Shown here piece after piece: positions 11,433-20,588 of a stretch of 64,000 nucleotides of DNA. This DNA is from Malacoraja senta (taxonomy: Eukaryota). Position 1 is the stretch's first letter, and each line of letters begins with the position of its first letter. Where the stretch lies: contig CM075990.1 of the NCBI GenBank assembly GCA_038087875.1, positions 558,001-622,000 of the forward strand, read 5' to 3'. The notes under the pieces are model-generated. The model worked only from the letters and a program-made list of their open reading frames with translations. It was not told the origin of the DNA and made no database searches. Position numbers and translations under genes: made by a program.

Positions 11433-11950
11433 TGAAAGAGTTAGTTATTAATTGATTGTTGTCATATTTAAACTTTCCTGTTGTAAAAGGCCAATTGTAA
11501 TGCATGATGGGATTTGGACAACTCCTATCATGCCAGTTTTTTTTCCCTTTAAGTTGAAAAGTTCACAGCTCTCTTGCAAGCTTTTTTATGTAAGTTGAAT
11601 AGTTCGCCGCTCTATTACAAGTTTTTTTATGTAAGTTGAAGAGGTTAATCAGATAAGAAGGGGCCCAGAGGATGCCATTGGGGTAACTGGCTTTTGGCAA
11701 AGAGTGAAAAACAACTCCATATTTGGAGGTGGTTGATGGTTTTTGTGTCATTACATCATGCAATTGGTTTTATATCGGTACGTATATAAGCTTCGATGTT
11801 CTGGTATTTCTTTGTGTGTGCTGCTGGAGATTCAGACGTGAGAACCTGTTGCCTCTGAGTCTCTCAGTTCACACCCGTCAGACGTTAAATTAAAGCTTTG
11901 AATGGTCTTAAGAATTTGTACTTTGTCTATCTTTTAAGTGAACTTTTTCA
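11433..11950 (+). repeat. ERV 5' LTR (518 bp)
   Basis: tgaaagag...ctttttca; TATA-like tatataa near 11784; direct repeat of 17407-17892. Confidence 0.95.
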
Positions 11951-11951
11951 T

Positions 11952-11969
11952 TGGCGTAGTCACGCAGGT
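11952..11969 (+). promoter_or_regulatory. primer-binding site, tRNA-Ser-like
   Basis: tggcgtagtcacgcagg directly after the LTR resembles the complement of the tRNA-Ser 3' end (TGGCGTAGTCGGCAGG). Confidence 0.75.
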
Positions 11970-12361
11970 CTCGCTGGGACACCATCAACAGCTGAATGAG
12001 CTTGAGGTTGCAGATGTTACCGGGTTTGGCAAGGGAGAAAACTGAGCTCTAATCGGTCCGTTGCAACCGACCCCTTGACATTACCGGGAACATAGGTGAT
12101 TCTTCATCAGACGTTGCGTTGGTTCCTGCCGAGGTTCTTAGAGATAGACAAAGGTAAGACCAATTGTGAATTGTGTATGTATTTTTACGTATGAATTTGG
12201 TGTATGTATTTTTTAAGAAAGAATTGGTTTTTTTGTTTTTCTCTCTCTCTCTCTCTTTTTCTGTCTATCTTCTTTTTTCTCACACTCTCTCTCCCTCTAT
12301 TGTCTGCCTTTTTGAGACATCCGAGGAGTTATTGGGTTGTGAGACAAGCAGCATTGTTTTT

Positions 12362-12789
12362 TAAAAGAGAAGTCTGCTAGGTTGAGAAACTGGGGTCTCG
12401 GTTAGCGAGTCAGCTCAGTTGAGACACCTGGGTCTTATATTAAAAGAAAAGAAGTCTGCTAGGTTGAGAAACTGGGGTCTTGGTTAGCGGATCAGCTCAG
12501 TTGAGACACCTGGGTCTTATATTAAAAGAAAAGAAGTCTGCTAGGTTGAGAAACTGGGGTCTCGGTTAGCGGGTCAGCTCAGTTGAGACACCTGGGTCTT
12601 ATATTAAAAGAAAAGAAGTCTGCTAGGTTGAGAAACTGGGGTCTCGGTTAGCGGGTCAGCTCAGTTGAGACACCTGGGTCTTATATTAAAAGAAAAGAAG
12701 ACTGCTAGGTTGAGAAACTGGGGTCTCGGTTAGCGAGTCAGCTCAGTTGAGACACCTGGGATTTATATTAAAGAGTTACGAAGTCTGCT
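12362..12789 (+). repeat. five tandem 82-bp repeats in the ERV leader
   Basis: Unit starts (gaagtctgct/gaagactgct) at 12369, 12451, 12533, 12615 and 12697. Confidence 0.95.
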
Positions 12790-12849
12790 TTTTCTCTCTC
12801 TCTCTCTCTCTCACTCTCTCTCTCTCGCTCTCTTATTCTCTATCTATCT

Positions 12850-13200
12850 ATGGGGAATGCGCTGGATAACAGTGATGGGGGAACCCCCGTTCAACATATG
12901 TGTTATTTGAATCCTAAGTATAATAAGAAATTTAGAATGTTAAGTTACAAGCTGACCACATGGTTAGGAAATGAGAAAAGATGATGGGATCCCTTTTTCT
13001 GACAAAGCAAAATAGGGGAAATTGGCGGGGAAATTCGGACAGAATTAAACATTTCCTGACTAAAGCAGACGAAGAAAAGGAAGGGAGTAAGGACTGAGGC
13101 AGGAGAAGAGAAACAGTATTAAATTCAACATTGAGAGTTAAAACAAACCTGCCTTCAAGATTTGAATAGCCTTTGGCACAGAGCAACAGAATGGCAGGCA
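12850..13200 (+). pseudogene. gag N-terminus remnant
   Basis: MGNALDNSDGGTPVQHMC... has a myristoylation-type start at the expected position; early stop. Confidence 0.55.
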
Positions 13201-14748
13201 ACCTTGCATTGCTAAGCCTCGGATGAGAATGTGGGTCTTTGTCTGTGGAATTTGATATCTTATTGGGTGTGGTCAGACTTTGAAAAAATAGGAGTCTGAT
13301 TGGTCGCCACTTCAGTGGGTGTGGCCAGATTTTGAGTGACGGGAAATCTGACTAATCACGATCTGGATCATGTCCAATCACAGCGTCCAGGATCCTGACT
13401 GACAGGGAATTGGACCATCCTACCCTGCTGCCTATCATTGTGAAGATTTATGGTGAAAGGAAAATGCTGTAACGGGTTTTGTTTCCAACTTAATTTTCTT
13501 GTTTCAACAAGAAGGCTTTCACAATTAAAAGACTTTATAACCACAATTGTGACCTCAGTCCTCCCAGAGCTAATAAAAAACAGTGGCGTGTAAAATCTTT
13601 CTTGTAAATTTTTTGAAACCAAGTTTTTGGTGAGAAAAAAAAAGGGTTTTGTCAGAAAAAGGGAAAGTAGATTACAAAGAGACGTCTTTGAAGTAAATAT
13701 AGTATGAACTGCTTTTGTAAATGGCTTTTGTACATTCTTTTGTGTATGTGTATGGGTTCCTTTAAGAGACTGAAATGCATGGGGTCCCTTGGTGTAAATA
13801 GGTTTTTAAAATTCTTGTTGCTATGATAAAAAAACTAATCATGTTTGAAGTCTTTGATACCTGTGTTACACTTTGAAGCTATGTGGAGTGTGTTTTTGGA
13901 TCATGACTTAAGAGAAAAATGTGCAAATGTGTTATTTGTTATAAATGTTTAAAGAGCTTTGTGTTTGAAACAATAGTTGTGTGTGTCCCTTTAACACATG
14001 GCAATGTCTGGGGGCTTTAACATTGATCACCTCGAAGCAGCAGTTTGACTGTTTTTACAGTGTTTTTTTCTCTACTGATAAGGATTCCACTGAGAATTCC
14101 GATGCGGTTCAGTGCTTTCAATTAAAGGGGCACACTCAGATTCTTCAGATTTGGAGTATTTAGATCAAATACCTTTGTTAACTTCTGTGGTTCTAAATAC
14201 TGAGTTGTGTAGGTCTATTGTGGACTTTATTTTGATGTGCAAATTTTGTGTTGTGAGAATTGAATTGTTTTGTGTGACATTTTTGGCCAAAATGAAACAC
14301 AAGGCATGAAAGAGCTAATTGATATTACATTGCTTGCTGAGATACTTCACAAGATCATGTTGCTTGTATTTCTCTTGGGACAGGCTTTCTCCAGTGGAAC
14401 AGATAAGAAGGGAGAGAGGGAGATAGGACTTTTGCGTTCCATCACAGTAAGGAGATGTTTGGAGATTCACTGTGCTGGATGTTGTGTGGAACTGTGTGTT
14501 TTGTTTTTGCTGTTATGACTACAGGGAACGAAAATCTGTTCAAACTTTTGTTTGTTTGAGTTGTTTGAATGACAATAAAAGGAATTCAGCAGAGATTTTA
14601 TATGACCATCCACTGGGGGCAACATGGAACCAGAATACTCCAAAGGATGTTCACTTTCATCACATGACAATGGAAATGACTAATTATATTTTATCGTTAA
14701 CCAGGGCATTGAAGGATGTACAGTAGAACCACTATGTCTAAAATTGAA

Positions 14749-15458
14749 GGTACACAAAAATGCTGGAGAAACTCAGCGGGTGCAGCAGCATCTATGGAGC
14801 GAAGGAAATAGGTAACGTTTCAGGCCGAAACCCTTCTTCAGACTGATAGGGGGTGGGGAGAAGAAAGGAAAAAAGGAAAAGGAGGAGGAGGAGCCCGAGG
14901 GCTGGGGGAGGGGCAGAGACAACCAGATGGCTGATGAAGGGGAGGGGACAGCCAGGGCTAGCAGAATTGGGAGAATTCAACGTTCAGGCCACCAGGATGT
15001 AGACTGCCCAAGCGGAATATGAGGTGCATTTCCTCCAATTTACGGTGTTGCTCGCTGTGGCCATGGAGGAGACCCAGGACAGAGAGGTCAGATACGGAAT
15101 GGGAGGGGGAGTTGAAGTGCTGAGCCACCGGGAGTTCAGGTTGGTTATTGCGGACCGACCGGAGGTGTTCGGCGAAACGATCGCCAAGCCTCCGCTTGGT
15201 CTCACCGATGTAGATCAGCTGGCATCTAGAGCAGCGAATGCAATAGATGAGGTTGGAGGAGATGCAGGTGAACCTCTGTCGCACCTGGAACGACTGCTTG
15301 GGTCCTGGAATGGAGTGGAGGGGGGAAGTGAAGGGACAAGTGTTGCATCTCTTGCGGTTGCAAGGGAAAGTACCAGGGGAGGGGGTGGTATGGGAGGGAA
15401 GGGAAGAATTGACAAGGGAGTTACGGAGGGAGCGGTCTTTGCGGAAGGCAGACATACT
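14749..15458 (-). mobile_element. 5'-truncated Penelope-like element inserted in ERV pol
   Basis: GIY-YIG ORF, 3' UTR/pLTR, and up-to-19-bp duplication cactatgtctaaaattgaa (14730-14748, 15459-15477). Confidence 0.9.
14958..15455 (-). CDS. Penelope GIY-YIG endonuclease domain (open fragment)
   Basis: CNRKRCNTC, NLIYCIRCSRCQLIYIGETKRRLGDRFAEH, PVAQHFN, GLN motifs with no stops. Confidence 0.88.
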   Translation of the reverse strand: MSAFRKDRSLRNSLVNSSLPSHTTPSPGTFPCNRKRCNTCPFTSPLHSIPGPKQSFQVRQRFTCISSNLIYCIRCSRCQLIYIGETKRRLGDRFAEHLRSVRNNQPELPVAQHFNSPSHSVSDLSVLGLLHGHSEQHRKLEEMHLIFRLGSLHPGGLNVEFSQFC

Positions 15459-15462
15459 CACT

Positions 15463-15648
15463 ATGTCTAAAATTGAACCTGGTACATGTGTAATACTCAG
15501 GAATTGGATGAGGAAGAGACTGGACATTCGGTGGGAAGGGCATTACCAGGTCCTTCTAACAACCCCTACCGCAGAAAAGGTGGAGGGGAGACATGCGTGG
15601 GTTCACTTTCACCACTGTAAGATTGTCTGCATGGTGCCAAAAAGATAA
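15463..15648 (+). pseudogene. retroviral integrase C-terminal domain remnant
   Basis: KIEPGTCVILRNWMRKRLDIRWEGHYQVLLTTPTAEKVEGRHAWVHFHHCK. Confidence 0.85.
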
Positions 15649-16289
15649 AATGTTAACTTATTTCTTTTAAGAAATCCCTTTCTAGGATAGATTGCGATGG
15701 ACATGTCGCTATTTTTTGCCTATCTTGGGACATTGATAGCCATCAGATCTGCGAGAAACTGAGTATGCCGATGTAATGCAATGTGATGGTGGCATTGGCA
15801 GATTTGCAGGTGACGCAGGGCTGGGTGACTGCGAGTTGTGGGAAGGATGCTATAGACTGAGGGTTACCACAGGCTACGTACCCACTGGTGGTGCGACTCA
15901 CGTGTGGAAGTTTCACCTACAGGCCCTCAGTGATTAACTAATTATTATACACAGCAATTAACCGATGCCTTGCCAGGTCTGCATTCTAAGGTACAAGAAG
16001 TGCAGATACCACTACCAGTTGAACACAGGGACGAGTTCATACTGTCAGACTACATACTGATAAGGCATTGGGATGGAAGGAATTAAAACTGTGTTGAACA
16101 GAACTGTACCAAGTCGTATCAACAACATCAACCGCCAAGAAGATTGAAGATCACCACGTTGGATTCATCTGATTGACTTTAAACAGTTCGGAGAACCAAA
16201 AAAGGACAATGGGGCTATTGACCCTCTTTTATATTCTGGGGTTGGCCCATTTGGACTGGACTTGGTGAAATAATCTGTTTTTGTTTATG

Positions 16290-17377
16290 AGTTTTGAATT
16301 TGTCCTTCGTAATAATAAATGTATGCTGGTTGTGTACGCTCATCCCATATAATGGTGGAGAAGGAATACCCCTCGTAACAATACCCCTTAACCTTACTGA
16401 GATTCTGGCCTTTACTATTTACTGTTTTCACAATAAAAAAGCAACTAATGGGTACCTTCAGAATGGCAAAGTCAAGGACCCATATTTGAAGAATGGTATG
16501 TGGCCTCTTTTATGACAGGATGGAAGGTAAATGAGATCAGGGTTTGGGAAATACCATGGCTTAAATTAGTGTATTCCCCCAGAGCCCAGTTAATACTACC
16601 TGTTATTGTGACAGAAGCAATGGAGTATACTTGAGGAACAGCACCTGCACCAAGGTTAGTGCTAATGGCCGCTGAGTCCAATAAATGGGACGTATTTTGT
16701 ATGTGGATTTTGGGCATTTCCATGGTTACCTGGTATGTACCTGGGGATGAGAAGAAATGGGAAAGGTTGATTAGGTCAACCTACAACTGAAGGGGATGTT
16801 GTTATTTGGCCTTTGTTGTCTCTCACGTGAGAACTGTGTAACATCTAAACTGAATTGTATATTCCCGACGAGGGCTAAGTGAAGTGTATCAGAGTCAGAG
16901 CATTTCTGGATGATTGCTTTCCAACTGTATGGGACAGCCTGTCTATCATGGGAATTGATTAATATGTCCCCTAGATTGGAGAAATTGTTTAATTAAATGG
17001 TGGACATCTTTACCTACAAATAAAAGGCCCTTTCATCCATTATGGCTGAAATGGATGCACTTTGTCATATATACCCCTATAGGATAATAGGGGGTACTTG
17101 TGGTATTATGGGGTGTGAATGCTGTACTTACATCCCTGATGAATCTTCTAACATTACAGATTTAGCAGCACATATTACTGCAGAAATAAAGAAGATTACA
17201 GAGGTAGGGGAGGAAATGCATAACTTTAATCAAGGTGTAGAATGGTGGCCATTTAGTATGTTTGGAGGAATATGGGGAATGGTAATACATTATGGATCTA
17301 TTGTACTGCTGATCATTATCTTAATCTATGTACTGAAATGTCTGAAGCCTTTACTATGTACTAACCAAGGACTGTAG
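16290..17377 (+). pseudogene. env remnant (gamma-type TM subunit)
   Basis: CX6CC motif (CGIMGCECC), TYIPD, and TM segment WGMVIHYGSIVLLIIILIYVL; SU part broken. Confidence 0.85.
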
Positions 17378-17406
17378 TGTTATCATTATATGATAAAAGG
17401 GAGGAA

Positions 17407-17892
17407 TGAAAGAGTTAGTTATTAATTGATTGTTGTCATATTTAAACTTTCCTGTTGTAAAAGGCCAATTGTAATGCATGATGGGATTTGGACAACTCCT
17501 ATCATGCCAGGTTTTTTTCCCTTTAAGTTGAAAAGTTCACAGCTCTCTTGCAAGCTTTTTTATGTAAGTTGAATAGTTCGCCGCTCTATTACAAGTTTTT
17601 TTATGTAAGTTGAAGAGGTTAATCAGATAAGAAGGGGCCCAAAGAGTGAAAAACAACTCCATATTTGGAGGTGGTTGATGGTTTTTGTGTCATTACATCA
17701 TGCAATTGGTTTTATATCGGTACGTATATAAGCTTCGATGTTCTGGTATTTCTTTGTGTGTGCTGCTGGAGATTCAGACGTGAGAACCTGTTGCCTCTGA
17801 GTCTCTCAGTTCACACCCGTCAGACGTTAAATTAAAGCTTTGAATGGTCTTAAGAATTTGTACTTTGTCTATCTTTTAAGTGAACTTTTTCA
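17407..17892 (+). repeat. ERV 3' LTR (486 bp)
   Basis: Preceded by PPT aaaagggaggaa; lacks 32 bp present in the 5' LTR (11667-11698). Confidence 0.95.
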
Positions 17893-18750
17893 GTCCTCTC
17901 TTTTCAGATAGCTCTGCAATTGTGGGCTGCATCAATGAAGGAAGGGAAGCTAAATACGGAGGTGTAGTCAACGACTTTGATGAGTGGTGTGGTCTGAATT
18001 ACCTGCAGCTCAACACCAACAAGACTAAGGAGGTAGTGGTGGACTTTAGCAGGAGAGGAACATCCCTGTCCCCTGTCTCCATCAATGCTGTGGATGTGCA
18101 GTTTACCAGGAAATTCAAATATGTTGAGGTGTACCTGGACAGTAAACTGGACTTGTCCATGAATGCTGAGGCCCTGTACAAGAAGGGGCAGAGCCGGCTG
18201 TACTTTCTGAGAAGGCTCCTATTAGTAAGATGCTGCAGATGTTCTATGAATCGAAGGTAGCCAGTGCCATCTTCTTCGCTGCCGTGTGCTGGGGCAGCAG
18301 GGCGAAGGCTGTGGACGACAATAGGATCAACAAACTCAATAGGAAGGCTGGCTCCATCCTGGGGGCGGAGTTGGATTCATGGGAGGTGGTCTTGGAGGGG
18401 AGGATGCTCCTCAAACAGTGGAGCATCCTGGACAATACAGCTCACCCCCTCCATGACACACGGGTCAACCTGAGGAGCACCTTCAGCAACAGACTGGTTC
18501 CACCAAGATGCAGCACAGAACGCCACAGGAGATCCTTCTTCCCTGTGGCTGTCAAACTGCACAACTCCTCCCCCTTCTGCCGTGAGGTAGATTGAAACCG
18601 ACTCCGCTCCCCCCTCCTCAATCTTTGCACATCCCTAATCCTTTCCACTAATCATTTTTATTTCATGTTTCATGTATTTTGTGTTTTTATGACTGTTGGA
18701 AGATCAATTTCCCTCCCGAGATAAATATTCTATCGTATCATATTGTATGA
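17893..18750 (+). mobile_element. Rex1/Babar LINE 3' part
   Basis: FSDSSAIVGCI...LQLNTNKTKEVVVDF...KKGQSRLYFLRRL...SILDNTAHPLH...RRSFFPVAVKL. Confidence 0.85.
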
Positions 18751-19002
18751 ATGCTAACTTGTTTTCTCTTTCCCTGTGCTGATCTTTGACCTGAAATATT
18801 AATTGTTTATTTTTCAGCAGAAGCTGCCTGACCTGCTTAATTGTTCCAGTGTTACATGTATTATAGATCGAGATATAGTCATACAACACCAAAACGGGCC
18901 TTCAGTCTATTGCTGAGCAAAATGCCCCATATAAGCTTGTCCCATTTGCCCACAAATGCTCCCATATCCTCCTCAAACCTCTCCTATGCATCTACCTGTC
19001 CA

Positions 19003-19390
19003 AGTCATAAGTGATAGGAGTAGAATGAAGCCATTCGCCCCATCATTTCTACGATGCCATTCAATCATGGCTGATCCATCTCCCCCTCTTGCTTTCTCCC
19101 CATAACCTCTGATACCCGTACTAATCAAAAATCTATCTATGTCTGCCTTAAAAGTATCCACTGAAGGCCTCTGCAGCCTTCTGTAGCAGTTCCACAGATT
19201 CACCACCCTCTGACTAAAGAAGTGTATTTTAAATGCTGTCTATAGTATCTGCCTCAACTTTCTCCTCTGGTAGCTCATTCCAAATACCCTCCACCCTCTG
19301 AGGGAAAAAGTTTGTCTCAAATCTTGCCCCTCTGACCTTAAAAATATGTCCCCTTGTTTTTGATTCCCCTACCCTGTGTAAAAGATACTG
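19003..19390 (-). mobile_element. CR1 fragments
   Basis: ESKTRGH / QRVEGIWNELP motifs and CR1 3' UTR. Confidence 0.7.
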
Positions 19391-20269
19391 CGCACTCATA
19401 AAGAGTTGGTGCATTCACATTTGTTATCAGATTTCCAGAGAATAGCTCTAGCATAAACTGCTTAGAGCAGGAAAAGGAATTCAATTACATACAGTAACAA
19501 TGATTCCTGATTGAAAATCTTGTCCAGAGTGAGCTTGGTTCACCAGCCCCAGTCTCAAAATTCATGCAATCTGGTCTATAAATTCTGTTTCACCTCACCT
19601 CCCAAATCATTATCTTTCACGTGCTTTTTTTTTTAATAGGTAGTTTACTCAACCTGCACAGTTCTGCTATAAACCCGTATCATGACCTTTTTTTTAATCA
19701 CTTTATTTTCTTAAGTACTAACATAGCGAAAGTGACGGCATATAGGAGATGAGAACAGCACATCACAAAACTCTCAAACTGAGTAAGTGGACAGGATCAT
19801 ATTTGACTGTAGAACTCCAGGCTTTGATCGCCTACTCCCTGCTGCCTCCCAAGTGAAATAACGTCATGCAGGTCTCTAGCAGTTCCATTCCATTGATAAT
19901 GGAATTTTTAAATGCCACAGAAAGCCTTTCTGGGCATTGGGTCACCAGTTAACTCTCTTGACATTTTTATTTCATTCCTCAACGCAATTGGAAGCAGAGG
20001 TAAATCATAACTTTTTCAGCAACCCTTGCATTTTGAATTTTTTTAAATATTTGGCTTATTTTCTTTCTAAAAATAAAAAAGCAATTTCAATCCAAAGGCT
20101 GTTCACCTGGGACAGCAAGTAACATCCATCCTGTTGCAACTTAAAATTATCCAAACTCTGGTGCTGTATCTCATACTAAATTCAGGTTAACCATTAACCC
20201 AAAGCTTACAGGTTTACATAGAGTCACAATCCGACCATGCCTTCCTTCGAAAATGTTTATTCGTCCACT

Positions 20270-20395
20270 TCTTCTTGCATATGGCGTGCACAGCCTAAAG
20301 TTGTAGGACAACTTGTTCTATTTGATTGTGCACGCCGGGTTGATTGCATTCGTCACAACAGGGCGGACCACGTGAAGGTTGCAATCTTCCACCCC
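20270..20395 (-). mobile_element. 126-bp non-autonomous retroelement with a 5' HDV-like ribozyme and (AAG)n tail
   Basis: 12-bp TSD tattcgtc(c/t)act (20258-20269, 20396-20407); the element's 5' end coincides with G1 of the ribozyme fold. Confidence 0.85.
20342..20395 (-). ncRNA. minimal HDV-like (CPEB3-type) self-cleaving ribozyme, predicted
   Basis: P1 GGGGUGG/CCGCCCU, P2 GAUUGCA/UGCAAUC, P3 ACC/GGU, L3 UUCACGU, J4/2 C-GAA. Confidence 0.82.
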
Positions 20396-20588
20396 TATTC
20401 GTCTACTGAAATTCCCTAACCCTTTTCATTCCTTCCCTGCACCTACTAGTATTGGTGTAAGTATTGGTATATTATTGTCCTGTGTATCGAGATACAGTGA
20501 CATCCCTTGTTTTGCATGCAATTCGGGCAAAACATAACCATGAATGAGTACATCTGATAGAGCAAAAGAGAAAATAAATATAGTTCAG

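Larger units (their letters stand above)
11433..17892 (+). mobile_element. endogenous retrovirus (class I, gamma/epsilon-like), internally deleted provirus
   Basis: TG...CA LTRs, 4-bp TSD GTCC (11429-11432, 17893-17896), PBS, PPT, and remnants of gag, integrase C-terminus and env. Confidence 0.95.

Noticed and set aside
12362..12789. CRISPR-like array
   Set aside because: Head-to-tail tandem repeat with no unique spacers, inside an ERV leader
15247..15648. 133-aa ORF as a single gene
   Set aside because: Chance fusion of antisense Penelope sequence with the ERV integrase tail
17880..18260. LTR-initiated chimeric ORF
   Set aside because: Starts at a GTG in U5 and reads into a decayed Rex1 RT; no sign of function
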